In this document: positions 1 through 10,443 of the stretch, piece by piece
Numbering within the stretch: position 1 is the stretch's first letter
Layout: every line of letters starts with the position of its first letter
Source: Armatimonadota bacterium
GTDB taxonomy: Bacteria; Armatimonadota; JAAZEB01
Length of the DNA: 64,000 nt
NCBI GenBank assembly: GCA_012512265.1
Contig: JAAZEM010000118.1
Coordinates: 6,679-70,678, forward strand
Direction: 5' to 3'
The notes under the pieces: model-generated
The model's input: the letters and a program-made list of their open reading frames with translations, nothing else
What the model was told of the DNA's origin: nothing
The model's database searches: none
Program-made: the position numbers and the translations under genes

Positions 1-423
1 TTATCGATGCCGCTGGGAGTGATAGCAAACCGGTCCGCGCCCGCGCGACACGAGATATTTCCGCCCGTCGCGCTGGTCAGCCGCAAGCGGTAAACGCGCC
101 GCATGCAACGGGCGACCGCTCGCCGCTCCTCATGAAACTCCTCTTTCATCTGATTGCCTCTCGCTGCCGTAGCTAGGCGAATGCTCGCCCGACTCTACTC
201 TCTCTTTGGCGTTTTCGCCCCATCTTCCCTTGCGGCGCCGATTCCCATAGGCGCGCGCGGATCAGGCCCTTTGGAGCGAGGTACCCTGTGGGAGAGGATT
301 CGACGCCTCTGGGGAAGGTTCCGACGGCGACTCGCACCCCGGCTCAGGATGGAGTGGCACCTTTTCTGCGCCGGGCCCGGCAGGAGCCGAGGGCTCCGCC
401 ATGCAGTGCGGGAGGGAGACTGG

Positions 424-1935
424 ATGGAGAGGCCGGATGTGCGGATCGAGCGAGATACGCTGGGCGAGAAAGAGGTGCCCGCGGATGCCTATTACGGGGT
501 GCAGACAGCGCGCGCGATGGAGAATTTCCCCGTCAGCGGCCACCGCGCTCACCCGGCGCTCATCGCCGCCCTCGGCACGATCAAGCGTGCCGCGGCTGAA
601 GTAAACGCCGATCTTGGATTGCTGGATCGCGAGCTGGCCGAAGCGATCAGTGAGGCGGCACAGGAGGTCGCCGATCACGTCTGGGACGATCAGTTTGTCG
701 TAGACGTGTTCCAAGCCGGGGCCGGCACCTCGACGCACATGAACGCCAACGAGGTGATCGCCAACCGCGCCAACGAGCTTCTGGGCAGTACCAAGGGGAG
801 CTACCGGCCCGTCCACCCCAACGACCACGTGAACATGGGGCAGTCGACCAACGACGTGATCCCGACGGCGATCCGGCTGGCGGCGCTCGGGGTGCTTCCG
901 GATCTCCTCCGCGCCCTCGAATCGCTGGAGGGGGCGCTGCGCATGAAGGCCGAAGAGTTCGACGGCGTGCTCAAGGCCGGGCGCACTCACCTGCAAGATG
1001 CCGTTCCCGTCCGCCTCGGCCAGGAGTTCGGCGCCTATGCCACCGCCATCGCCCACGATCGCGAGCGCCTCGTCACGGCGGGAGAGAGCCTCCGCCGCAT
1101 CGGGATTGGGGGCACCGCCACAGGAACTGGCCTCAACACCCATCCGGAGTACCACTCGCGCATGGTGGCCCGGCTCTCACAACTGACGGGCGAGTCGCTG
1201 CGCTCCTTTGGCGATCTTTTCGCGGCGATGCAGAGCATGGCGGATCCGCTGGAGGCCTCGGCGGCGACACGCACGCTGGCGGTCACGCTGACGCGCATCG
1301 CCAATGACATCCGCCTGATGACTTCAGGGCCGACGACGGGGCTGGATGAGATCCGGCTGCCAGCGCTGCAGCCCGGTTCCTCGATCATGCCGGGCAAGGT
1401 CAACCCTGTCATGGCAGAGATGTTGAACATGGTGGCGTTCCACGTGATCGGCAGCGACCTGGCGGTAGCACTCGCGGCCCAGGCAGGCCAGCTAGAGCTG
1501 AATGTGATGATGCCGCTCATCGCTTACGAGCTGCTCTACTCGCAAAGCTACCTGGCGCGAGCGGTGCAGCTTTTTGCCGACCGGGCCGTGCGCGGGATCG
1601 CCGCCAACGAGGCAAAGTGCCGGAGCTGGATGGAGGGAAGTCTCGGGCTGGCGACGGCGCTGAACCCCTACATTGGGTACCACGCGGCCGCGGAGGTCGC
1701 CAAAGAGGCTCTGCTCACCGGCAAGAGCGTTCCAGAGATCGTACGCGAGCGCCACCTGCTCCCACCCGAGGAGCTGGAGAAGGTGCTCTCGCCAGCAGCG
1801 ATGACCGAGCCCAATCTCCCTGGGGGTGGAACCAGCCACGACACGGCATGGTTCATGCACGCTTGTCTGGCACACCCACGGCGTTCCCCGCTCGCGGAAC
1901 AGGGATGCGCCGAAAAAAGGGGGAAAGAACAATGA
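424..1935 (+). CDS. Aspartate ammonia-lyase / class II fumarate hydratase family
   Basis: RIERDTLG N-terminus, GTSTHMNANEV, HPNDHVN, GRTHLQDA and GSSIMPGKVNP signature; ATG 424 follows GGGAGGGAG. aspA vs fumC not resolved. Confidence 0.9.
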   Translation: MERPDVRIERDTLGEKEVPADAYYGVQTARAMENFPVSGHRAHPALIAALGTIKRAAAEVNADLGLLDRELAEAISEAAQEVADHVWDDQFVVDVFQAGAGTSTHMNANEVIANRANELLGSTKGSYRPVHPNDHVNMGQSTNDVIPTAIRLAALGVLPDLLRALESLEGALRMKAEEFDGVLKAGRTHLQDAVPVRLGQEFGAYATAIAHDRERLVTAGESLRRIGIGGTATGTGLNTHPEYHSRMVARLSQLTGESLRSFGDLFAAMQSMADPLEASAATRTLAVTLTRIANDIRLMTSGPTTGLDEIRLPALQPGSSIMPGKVNPVMAEMLNMVAFHVIGSDLAVALAAQAGQLELNVMMPLIAYELLYSQSYLARAVQLFADRAVRGIAANEAKCRSWMEGSLGLATALNPYIGYHAAAEVAKEALLTGKSVPEIVRERHLLPPEELEKVLSPAAMTEPNLPGGGTSHDTAWFMHACLAHPRRSPLAEQGCAEKRGKEQ

Positions 1936-2867
1936 AGCTAACGCATATCGTGTGGGCCTGCCTGGTGCTGGCCCTCGCGGGATGTGGGGGAGGGGGCTCG
2001 GACGCCGGCACTTCACCGCCGACGCACGCCCCCGAGGTAGTGCAACCGGTCGAGGTGCCGCAGACCGCGCCACCACCGCCGGCCCTGGTCGAAGCAGACG
2101 AAAGCAATTTCCAGGAGGACCAATTCGAACGGGAGATTGAGGAGCCGGCAGACCCGGTGATCGAGGAGCGACCGAGCACCGACGTCGATACGATGGCGCC
2201 GGACTTCTTCGCCGCCTTCAACGGCGGGGGCGAGATTCCGGGCGCTGCCCGCGGCGCCCTCACGGGTGGCTCAATCTTCGAGAGTCCAGCAGCCGATTCG
2301 TTCGCCGGGAGAGCACTCTTCGGCCTCTTCGGAATCGAGTTCCTGGGACCGCGGGAAATCCGCGGGAACGTGCAGTTCTCGGACTCGAACGCTCACACGG
2401 TCGCTGTGCCAGTGAGTTTCGCCGATACGGGACTCAGCTATCCGAATCGGTTGGTCTATGAGTCAGGCGGCAACCTCTCCCTGGAGAGCCGCGTCATCAC
2501 CTACTATCGTTCCGGCTATCGGAACGACCCATTCCACGAGCGCTCTTGGTGGGCTGTCATCAGCGGGGAAGCCGTCGTGAACGGTGTCGAAGGGCACACC
2601 TTCGCTATCTTCATCGAAGACCGAAGCAATCCCGACGATCCAAACGATACGCGAACGGGACAAGACTACTTCTCGATCACGATCTACTCGCCCGCGGTGC
2701 CGTATGGCGGCACGTTTGAGCGCGACGGGATGGTGATCTGGGGTCTGCAGGGCGTGGTATACCATAACCAATACCCACTGCGCGAGGGGAATATCAAGGC
2801 GGTGAACACGCCTCCCGAGCCGGCAGGAGGAACAGGGCCTACCGACGGCATCATCGGGGCGCCATAG
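1932..2867 (+). CDS. Hypothetical lipoprotein
   Basis: MKLTHIVWACLVLALAG-C lipobox, Pro/Glu-rich linker; ATGA overlap with the upstream stop. Confidence 0.75.
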   Translation: MKLTHIVWACLVLALAGCGGGGSDAGTSPPTHAPEVVQPVEVPQTAPPPPALVEADESNFQEDQFEREIEEPADPVIEERPSTDVDTMAPDFFAAFNGGGEIPGAARGALTGGSIFESPAADSFAGRALFGLFGIEFLGPREIRGNVQFSDSNAHTVAVPVSFADTGLSYPNRLVYESGGNLSLESRVITYYRSGYRNDPFHERSWWAVISGEAVVNGVEGHTFAIFIEDRSNPDDPNDTRTGQDYFSITIYSPAVPYGGTFERDGMVIWGLQGVVYHNQYPLREGNIKAVNTPPEPAGGTGPTDGIIGAP

Positions 2868-2947
2868 ACGCGAGCGGCCCGGCCGCGGCTGATCGGGAGG
2901 GGGGGCAGGATGGCCCCCCCTTTGAAACGCTCATCCCGAGTTCCGGC

Positions 2948-3182
2948 TGGGATTCCGGCATAAGGAATCCGAAGCCTGGGAGGCAGCGCGCAACCCGGCG
3001 CGCGGCGATAAATCACCGCGCTGCTTGCGAGCGAAGCCCTGCCGGGCTGGGTTGGGGATACTCCCAGATGTCTCAAAACGGCAGTAGCTGAGAGGAGAAG
3101 CACCGAAGGGGCTTTGCCGGAAAGCAGCGCGGAGCTTCGAGCTCCGCGCGCGCGGGCGCCCTCTCCTTATGCCGGAATCCCA
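2948..3182. repeat. Nested inverted-repeat element (MITE/REP-like)
   Basis: Perfect 19-bp IR TGGGATTCCGGCATAAGGA (2948-2966 / 3164-3182) enclosing an imperfect ~27-bp IR (3016-3042 / 3105-3132). Confidence 0.7.
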
Positions 3183-3253
3183 AGAGTGCCGGGCAGCGAT
3201 TTGCATCCCCACCGCCGGCATGATACAATAGGCACGGAGAGAGGCATTGACTC

Positions 3254-3943
3254 ATGTCCCGCGCCCGTGTTCTGATCATCGAAGATGAGGCTCACATCGT
3301 CGATGTGCTCACCTGGTACTTCCAGCGTGAGGGCTGGGAGGTGCTGTCTGCGCATGATGGCATCACCGGGCTGGAACTGGCGCGCCAGCAAGCGCCCGAT
3401 CTGATCATCCTCGATCTGATGCTGCCTGGTCTGGATGGGATGGAAGTCTGCCGCCGGCTCCGCCAGGAATCGCGCACGCCCATCTTGATGCTCACCGCCC
3501 GCGATGCGGAAATGGACAAAATCACGGGCCTGGAGATCGGCGCGGATGATTACGTCACCAAGCCGTTCAGCTCGCGCGAGGTGGTCGCCCGAGTGAAAGC
3601 CCTCCTGCGCCGCGCCAGCTACTCGGAGCCGTCTCGCGACGAGCCGCTCGTCTTTCCCGGGCTCGTCATCGACCGCGCCGGCAAGGAGGTCTCTGTCAAC
3701 GGTCGCCCGGTGCGCCTGACGCCGACGGAATTCCAGGTACTGCTCCTCTTGGCTAGCCACCCGGGCTGCGCCTTCAGCCGCGATGAGATCATCCAGCACG
3801 TCACCGGGGTCGAGTATATCGATACGCGCACCGTGGACGTGCACATCCGCCACCTGCGCGCCAAGCTGGGAGACGACCCCTCGCGGCCGCGCTACTTGCA
3901 CACCGTCTGGGGAACGGGCTACAAGTTCGAGGCCCTCACGTAG
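3254..3943 (+). CDS. OmpR/PhoB-family response regulator
   Basis: IIEDE, LDLMLP, GADDYVTKPF, wHTH tail TVDVHIRHLRAKL...TVWGTGY. Confidence 0.95.
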   Translation: MSRARVLIIEDEAHIVDVLTWYFQREGWEVLSAHDGITGLELARQQAPDLIILDLMLPGLDGMEVCRRLRQESRTPILMLTARDAEMDKITGLEIGADDYVTKPFSSREVVARVKALLRRASYSEPSRDEPLVFPGLVIDRAGKEVSVNGRPVRLTPTEFQVLLLLASHPGCAFSRDEIIQHVTGVEYIDTRTVDVHIRHLRAKLGDDPSRPRYLHTVWGTGYKFEALT

Positions 3944-3971
3944 TGGCGTTGGACTGCAAAGAGAGGCACCC

Positions 3972-5486
3972 ATGTTCAGAAGCTTTCGGGCGCAGTTGGT
4001 GGTTAGCTTTTTCCTCGTCATCCTGGTGACGCCGCTCCTCTTCATCAGCCTCTTCTATGGGCCGTTCGGGCGGTATCTGCGCTCGGGGAACCACGGATCC
4101 TCGCTGCCCTACCATGCGCGGGTGGTTGGCAACGTGGTGCAGGATGCGCTCGCAAAGGGTGCTTCGGTGGACGAGCTCGACCATCTACTGCGCGTGGCTG
4201 CCGAAGGAACGCCCTATCAGTTCGTGTTGATCGACCGCGACAGGCAGGTGATGGTGGATACCGGCGTGGCGCCGGGCAGCGCGCTTCCCGCGAACCCGGC
4301 GCGCGCGACCAACTATGGCCGGCCGCTCGCCCCCGATGGCCGGCTCGCCGTGCAGCGGGAGGGCCGGCTCCTTCGCGCCGCCGCGCCAATCAATCTGGAG
4401 GGGGAGCCCTTCGGGGTGCTTCTCGTCAGCCGGTTCAGCCAGAGGCCGAGCTATTTTAGCCCCTCAACCTTCATCCCGCGGATCATCCTGGGGCTCGTGA
4501 TCGCGGGGATTCTTGGTCTGGCTCTCTCCCGCCGCCTGCTTCGCCCTGTCGATGCCCTCACCCGCGCCGCCGAAGCGATGGCCGGCGGGGACCTGAGCCA
4601 GCGCGTCGCCATACCGCCTCACACCGAGTTGGGGCGGCTCTCGGAGCGGTTCAACCACATGGCGGATCGGATTGAGGAGCTGGTCTCGCGGCTCTCAGGC
4701 GAGCACGAGCGCCTCCAGATCGCACACGCGTGCCTCGCCGAGTCCGAGCGCCGGCAGCGCGAGCTGATCGCCGACGTCTCGCATGAGTTGAGGACGCCTC
4801 TCGCCGTCATCCGCTCCTCTGTCGATGCCCTGGTGGATGGCGTGGCAGATAACGGGGAGAGGCAGCAGCGCTGCCTGCGCGCCATCGAGGAGGAGACGAC
4901 CGCCCTTTCCCGTCTGGTGGAGGACCTGCTCACGCTCTCCCGAATCGACAGCGGTCAACTCCCGCTGCGCCGCGAGCCGGTGAGCGTCGCCGCCCTCTTC
5001 GAGCGGAGCATCCGCCGGTTTCTCCCAGAGGCCGAGGCACACGGAATCGTTCTCGAGAGCTCCCTGGCCGAGGAGCTCTTCTTCATGGGCGATGAGGAAC
5101 GCATGGCGCAGGTTCTGGGCAACTTGCTGGATAACGCGATCCGGCACACCCCGGCTGGGGGCCGCGTCCAGCTGGAGGCCGCCCGAGCGGGAGAGCAGAT
5201 CCGGATCCGGGTATCCGATACGGGATGCGGGATCGCTCCCGAGCATCTGCCCCGGCTTTTCGACCGCCTCTACCGCGCGGAGCGGTCGCGCTGCAAGGAC
5301 TCGGGAGGCTCGGGATTAGGACTGTCAATTGTCCGCGAGATCGTCGACGCGCACGGCGGGACGGTGAAAGCAGAGAGCGAGCCCGACAAAGGGATGCGCG
5401 TGACGATCTACCTGGCGGCCGGGGCTACTTTGGAGTTCCGAGATAAGGACATGGATGGAGCGGGCCGCCCACACGCGCAGGGCTGA
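3972..5486 (+). CDS. HAMP-domain sensor histidine kinase
   Basis: Two TM segments, HAMP, H-box VSHELRTPL, N-box NLLDNAIRH, DTGCGI, GSGLGLSI. Confidence 0.93.
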   Translation: MFRSFRAQLVVSFFLVILVTPLLFISLFYGPFGRYLRSGNHGSSLPYHARVVGNVVQDALAKGASVDELDHLLRVAAEGTPYQFVLIDRDRQVMVDTGVAPGSALPANPARATNYGRPLAPDGRLAVQREGRLLRAAAPINLEGEPFGVLLVSRFSQRPSYFSPSTFIPRIILGLVIAGILGLALSRRLLRPVDALTRAAEAMAGGDLSQRVAIPPHTELGRLSERFNHMADRIEELVSRLSGEHERLQIAHACLAESERRQRELIADVSHELRTPLAVIRSSVDALVDGVADNGERQQRCLRAIEEETTALSRLVEDLLTLSRIDSGQLPLRREPVSVAALFERSIRRFLPEAEAHGIVLESSLAEELFFMGDEERMAQVLGNLLDNAIRHTPAGGRVQLEAARAGEQIRIRVSDTGCGIAPEHLPRLFDRLYRAERSRCKDSGGSGLGLSIVREIVDAHGGTVKAESEPDKGMRVTIYLAAGATLEFRDKDMDGAGRPHAQG

Positions 5487-5685
5487 AGCTCCGCGCGCCG
5501 GGTTGCGCGTCACCTTCGAGAATCCTGATTCCCCATCTCAGGGGGCTCCTCCTAGCCCTTGACGGACGCCCGTCTTTCTGTTATCTATTAGTAGCGGTTT
5601 CGCGGGCAATGCCCGGGCCGCTGGCTGGCTGCCGTCCGCTTGACGCTGTACCCTGTCAGATCACTTCACGAAGGAGGGGACCAAC

Positions 5686-6681
5686 GTGCCACGACCGGTT
5701 ACACTCTTCACGGGACAGTGGGCCGACCTTCCGCTGGAGACGCTGGCGGAGAAAGCCCATGAATGGGGCTATGATGGTTTGGAGCTCGCCTGCTCAGGCG
5801 ACCACTTTGATGTGGAGAAGGCGCTCTCGGATCCCGGGTATTGCCAGAGCCGTCACGATATCCTGGCCAAGTATGACCTGAAGGTGTGGGCAATCAGTAA
5901 CCACCTGGTAGGCCAGGCGGTGCTGGATATCCCCAGCGAGCGGATCAAAGCGATCGTGCCGGAGCGCGTGTGGGGCGACGGCAAGCCGGAGGGAGTGCGC
6001 GAGCGCGCAGCCGAGGAGATGAAGAATACGGCGCGTGCCGCCAAGGCGCTCGGTGTCAACGTCGTCAACGGTTTCACCGGCTCGTCCATTTGGCACCTCC
6101 TCTACTCGTTCCCGCCGGTCCCGCCGGAGGCGATCGAGGATGGCTTCAAAGAGCTGGCCGCGCGCTGGAACCCCATCCTCGACGTCTTCCGAGAGTGCGG
6201 CGTCAAGTTCGCCCTGGAGGTGCATCCCACGGAGATCGCCTACGATATCTACACTGCCCAACGCGCACTGCAGGCGCTGGATAACCGGCCTGAGTTCGGC
6301 TTCAACTTCGACCCGAGCCACCTCCACTGGCAGTTCGTGGATCCGGTGGAGTTCATCCGCGCCTTCCCCGACCGCATCTACCATGTCCACGTGAAGGATG
6401 CCGCGCGCACCCTCGACGGCCGCACCAGCATCCTCGCCTCGCATCTCAATTTTGGCGATCCGCGCCGCGGCTGGGACTTCCGCTCGCCAGGGCATGGCGG
6501 CATCGATTTCGAGGAGATCATCCGAGCCCTCAATCAGGTGGGCTACCGGGGCCCCCTCTCGGTAGAGTGGGAAGACTGTGGCATGGACCGCGAGCATGGC
6601 GCTCGCGAGGCAGCGGCCTTTGTGAGGGATATCGACTTCACGCCCTCACAGATCCAGTTCGACGCGGCCTTCACGAAGTAG
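5686..6681 (+). CDS. Sugar phosphate isomerase/epimerase (xylose isomerase-like TIM barrel)
   Basis: [34 protein letters not shown] motifs; GTG start after AGGAGG. Confidence 0.9.
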   Translation: MPRPVTLFTGQWADLPLETLAEKAHEWGYDGLELACSGDHFDVEKALSDPGYCQSRHDILAKYDLKVWAISNHLVGQAVLDIPSERIKAIVPERVWGDGKPEGVRERAAEEMKNTARAAKALGVNVVNGFTGSSIWHLLYSFPPVPPEAIEDGFKELAARWNPILDVFRECGVKFALEVHPTEIAYDIYTAQRALQALDNRPEFGFNFDPSHLHWQFVDPVEFIRAFPDRIYHVHVKDAARTLDGRTSILASHLNFGDPRRGWDFRSPGHGGIDFEEIIRALNQVGYRGPLSVEWEDCGMDREHGAREAAAFVRDIDFTPSQIQFDAAFTK

Positions 6682-6697
6682 AGGCACGCCCTTCGTG

Positions 6698-6728
6698 GGA
6701 AAGGCGCGCCCGATGGGCGCGCCTTTCC
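6698..6728. terminator. Hairpin between convergent genes
   Basis: GGAAAGGCGCGCCC-GAT-GGGCGCGCCTTTCC, 14-bp perfect stem. Confidence 0.7.
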
Positions 6729-6767
6729 TCGCTCTGGGCACTCTGCATGTATCGATCGGTGCGGCAG

Positions 6768-7436
6768 TTACCCGCCTCTGGCGCGGTACGCGAGCACCTT
6801 ATTCACGTACTTCTGAGTCTCCGCGTAGGGAGGCACGCCGCCGTGGCGCTTCACGGCGCCGGGGCCCGCGTTGTAGGCGGCGACGGCAAGCCGGGTGCTC
6901 CCAAACTCATCGAGCAGCCAGCGCAGGAAGCGCGTGCCCGCCATGATGTTCTGGGTCGGGTCCCAGGGATTGGTAACCCCCAGGTTGCGTGCCGTCTCCG
7001 GCATCAACTGCATCAGGCCCATTGCTCCCGCGTGCGAGAGAGTTCGGTTGTCAAAGCGCGACTCGGCACGCACGATGGCACGGATCAACGCGGGATCCAC
7101 CTTGTAACGGCGTGAAGCCTGGAGGATGATCCGGTTGATCGTCGTCATGCTGACGGTGCCGCGCGATACAAGCCGGTCGCGCTTGCTCTTCGTAGCCGCT
7201 GCGGCAGGCGATCCGATCGCCGATGAAATCGCTCCTGCAATCGGACTGCTGCCGGTGGTCTCACTGGGACCGAGTGCTCCGGCTCCCAGCAAGCCGATGC
7301 TGAGCGCCAAAGGCGCCACAACCCGCTTGAGCCGGTGCGAATGGATGGATAGGAAACTGCAGATCCTATCAGTGGTCCGAAGCCGCTGGTGTTCGCTTGC
7401 GATAGACTCGCTGTCGCGAGTCTTCATGGGTGTCAA
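6768..7436 (-). CDS. Lytic transglycosylase (SLT domain)
   Basis: AIVRAESRF, GAMGLMQLMP, AAYNAGPG, ETQKYV; start uncertain (TTG 7436 or ATG 7427). Confidence 0.9.
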   Translation of the reverse strand: MTPMKTRDSESIASEHQRLRTTDRICSFLSIHSHRLKRVVAPLALSIGLLGAGALGPSETTGSSPIAGAISSAIGSPAAAATKSKRDRLVSRGTVSMTTINRIILQASRRYKVDPALIRAIVRAESRFDNRTLSHAGAMGLMQLMPETARNLGVTNPWDPTQNIMAGTRFLRWLLDEFGSTRLAVAAYNAGPGAVKRHGGVPPYAETQKYVNKVLAYRARGG

Positions 7437-7753
7437 CAGACGGTTCCCCCTTCTGGTAGGTTATCAATGCCCGCGCCGAGCCCGCGCAAGCGGCGCCCGG
7501 TGCGCAACAAATGGATTGGGGCGCCCCAATTGCGCCCCGTGAAAAAAAGGACCCCCTCAAACCAGAGCGGTTCCACGCATTTGTTTGTATTTTTCTCTCA
7601 GTGGGTAGACTCGTCTGTTGCCCAGGGCATCGCGGTGTTGCGTGGCGGGGCAGGGAGAGCGGCGTTCCGGGCGAAACAGAGCACCAGATGGCCGGGATGC
7701 CGGCCCGCGGGCGCACCAGCGTGCTCCGCGCGATGCACTCGGAGGAGAGCAGC

Positions 7754-8611
7754 ATGTTCATGAATCTTTCGCCCGGCGCCATCAGTATCCGCGCATCCTT
7801 GCCGGAGGCAATCCGGTTGGCGAGCGCGCACGGCTTCGGTGGCGTTGACATCTCCATCGCTGAAGCCGCCCAAATCGCATCGCAGAGTTCGGTCGATGCC
7901 GTCCGCGAGCTCTTCGCCACGGCGGGGGTGCGCCCTGGCGGGTGGGGATTGCCCGTGAATTGGCGCGGCAATGAGACGGAGTACCAGCAGGGCCTCTCGA
8001 ACCTGGGGCGGCTCGCGGCCCTCGGACAGGCGATCGGCGCGACCCGGGTGACGCAGTGGATCCCGTCCGCCTCCGATGAACGCGCTTTCTACGAGAACTT
8101 CCACTTCCATGTCGCGCGCTTTCAGCCCATCGCGCGCATCCTCGCGGATCACGGTTGCCGCCTCGCTCTGGAGTTCATTGGCCCCCAAACGCAGCGCAAC
8201 GGCAAGAAGTATGGCTTCATCCACACCATGGATGGGATGCTCGCCCTCTGCGCCGCCATTGGCCCGAACGTGGGGCTGCTCCTCGATTCCTGGCACTGGT
8301 ACACTTCACACAGCACGCTGGCCGAACTCGACCACGTGACGAACGACCAGATCGTCTACGTCCACGTAAACGACGCTCCCGCCGGAGTGGCGATCGATGA
8401 CCAGATCGACAACGTGCGCTGCCTGCCGGGCGAGACAGGCGTGATCGATCTGCCCGGCTTCCTGCGCAAGCTGGAGGCCGCCGGCTATGACGGGCCGGTG
8501 ACGCCAGAGCCGTTCAGCCAGCGGGTGCGCGAGATGCCCGCCGAGGACGCCGCCCGCACGACTGCCACAGCCTTGAGAGGTGCCTGGCGCGCCGCCGGGC
8601 TGCGAGAGTGA
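7754..8611 (+). CDS. Sugar phosphate isomerase/epimerase (TIM barrel)
   Basis: GFGGVD, LALEFIGP, LLDSWHWY, VHVNDA, GYDGPVTPEPF; GGAGGAG RBS. Confidence 0.88.
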   Translation: MFMNLSPGAISIRASLPEAIRLASAHGFGGVDISIAEAAQIASQSSVDAVRELFATAGVRPGGWGLPVNWRGNETEYQQGLSNLGRLAALGQAIGATRVTQWIPSASDERAFYENFHFHVARFQPIARILADHGCRLALEFIGPQTQRNGKKYGFIHTMDGMLALCAAIGPNVGLLLDSWHWYTSHSTLAELDHVTNDQIVYVHVNDAPAGVAIDDQIDNVRCLPGETGVIDLPGFLRKLEAAGYDGPVTPEPFSQRVREMPAEDAARTTATALRGAWRAAGLRE

Positions 8612-9576
8612 TGCGAATGAAGCGGATCCTTCTCGATTGCGATACCGGAGTCGATGACAGCCTCGCGATCCTGCTGGCGATGCGCTCACCCGAGCTGCGG
8701 GTCGAGGCGATCACCACGGTGGGCGGCAACACCCAGGTCGATCACGCTGCGCGGAACACTCTGCTCACGCTGGAGCAGTTGGAGCAAGACGTGCTCCCGC
8801 CCGTTGCCAAGGGCGAAGCGAATCCCATCGAGCGCCCGCTCCTGACGGCCCTGGAGGTGCACGGGGGCGATGGCCTGGGCGGGGTCACCCGTATCCTCGA
8901 GCCGGATGGATCACGCCGCTACCCGGAGCCGCGCCTGGGCCTCGATCCCCGCCACGGTGTGGATCTGCTCCTCGATACCATCGGCCGCTTCCCGGATGAA
9001 CTGACTCTCATCGCCACCGGGCCGTTGACCAACGTCGCCCGAGCGATCATCCGCAACCCGGCCCGGATGCGCCGGCTGCGCGAGATTCTGATCATGGGGG
9101 GCGCCTTTCGCGTCTATGGCAACACCACCCCCGTCGCAGAATTCAACGTCTTCGTGGACCCTCACGCCGCGCAGATAGTGCTCGATTGCGGCGTGCCGGT
9201 CACCCTGGTGCCCCTCGACGTGACTCACCAGGTCTGCCTGATGCAAAGTGAGGTGAATGCCATCGAGGTGGAGGGCCGGCTGGCGCGCTTCGTGCGCGAC
9301 GTCACCCGCGAGTACACCGAGTATCACATCGAGCAGGATGGATTCGCAGGATGCTACCTGCACGACCCGATTACGGTTGCGCTCGCCATCGATCCAACGC
9401 TTCTGGAGAGCGTGGAGGCCTATGTCCAGGTGGAGACAGCCGGCGATCTCACCCTGGGGCAGACGGTGGCCGACTTGCGGCCCGGGAAGAGCACGCGCAC
9501 CAATGCCCGTGTCTGCACCGGCATTGATGCCGAACGCTTCCTCGCACTCTTCCGTAACCGCGTCCTGTCTGGATAG
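8608..9576 (+). CDS. Nucleoside hydrolase (IU-NH family)
   Basis: DCDTGVDD, ATGPLTN, AEFNVFVDP, LHDP. Confidence 0.92.
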   Translation: MMRMKRILLDCDTGVDDSLAILLAMRSPELRVEAITTVGGNTQVDHAARNTLLTLEQLEQDVLPPVAKGEANPIERPLLTALEVHGGDGLGGVTRILEPDGSRRYPEPRLGLDPRHGVDLLLDTIGRFPDELTLIATGPLTNVARAIIRNPARMRRLREILIMGGAFRVYGNTTPVAEFNVFVDPHAAQIVLDCGVPVTLVPLDVTHQVCLMQSEVNAIEVEGRLARFVRDVTREYTEYHIEQDGFAGCYLHDPITVALAIDPTLLESVEAYVQVETAGDLTLGQTVADLRPGKSTRTNARVCTGIDAERFLALFRNRVLSG

Positions 9577-9620
9577 GGGAGGGGAGATCACGGTCCCGCC
9601 CCGATAGGGGTGCATTTCGC

Positions 9621-10367
9621 CTAGCGCCGGCGGATAACGATGCCGGGCGCGGTGAACGGGATGGTGTGGGGGCCGAGAGGACCCTGGATGGAAGTGGTGC
9701 CTTCCGCCGGAAGCGCCAGCTCGAAGCCTCCGCCCGGCAGCAGCCGGAAGCCCTCCGGGAGGGCAATCGCGAGCGGGCCGAGGCGCAGCGTCTGCGAGCC
9801 GCCCTGCTCCGGCGCAGGTTGAGTGGGGCGCGGGTTCGCGGGCAGGGAAGGCAGGGCCCAGGAGCCGTTCAGATAGGTACCGGGAAGCATCCCCGTGACG
9901 GGACGCGGGGCGAACCCGGCCAATGCGGGCGCATGTGCGAAGCGCACGCGCGGGCGGGGCTCTCGACGCGGGGGACGTTGGATCGACTCGATGATGCGCC
10001 GGCGTTCCAACGCGCGATCCTCCTCCTCCAGCTGCTCGGCGACACTCCGGTAGCCCTCGCGCCTGGCAATCCGGTAGAGCCGGCCCTCGCGCGTGAAGGT
10101 GAAGCCACGCGGTTCCAGCACCACGCGCAGCGCCGTCTCCAGGGGCACGTTCTCCAGGTCGGCAGAGAACGTCTCGGGCGCGTCCCGGGGAGCTTCGTAG
10201 GAGAAGCCGGTTCCCTGGAAAAGGCGGTAGAGGGTTTCGAGGAGGTCCGCTCCTGAAAAGGAGAGAGTGACGCGCGGTTCGTCGAAGGCGGCGGAGTTGG
10301 CCGCGCCGTCTCCGCGCGCGGGAGAGGCAAAGATCAAGCAGATCGCAATCAGGAGTACCGCACGCAT
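9621..10367 (-). CDS. Secreted protein with STN-like (secretin/TonB N-terminal) domain
   Basis: Signal peptide; VTLSFSGADL...LENVPLETALRVVL...YRI pattern, then a low-complexity tail. Confidence 0.6.
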   Translation of the reverse strand: MRAVLLIAICLIFASPARGDGAANSAAFDEPRVTLSFSGADLLETLYRLFQGTGFSYEAPRDAPETFSADLENVPLETALRVVLEPRGFTFTREGRLYRIARREGYRSVAEQLEEEDRALERRRIIESIQRPPRREPRPRVRFAHAPALAGFAPRPVTGMLPGTYLNGSWALPSLPANPRPTQPAPEQGGSQTLRLGPLAIALPEGFRLLPGGGFELALPAEGTTSIQGPLGPHTIPFTAPGIVIRRR

Positions 10368-10395
10368 CGCCGCACCCCCGATCTCAAACGGAAGC

Positions 10396-10432
10396 AGGGG
10401 CCCGAGCGCAGCGCCTGGGCATTCGGGCCCCT
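10396..10432 (-). terminator. Hairpin downstream of dapA
   Basis: AGGGGCCCGA...TCGGGCCCCT 10-bp stem. Confidence 0.5.
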
Positions 10433-10443
10433 CATCTTTGTGG

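Noticed and set aside
7437-7750. c-di-AMP (ydaO) riboswitch upstream of the SLT gene
   Set aside because: Only GGGGGAACC matches, and it is better explained as the RBS; other conserved elements are missing
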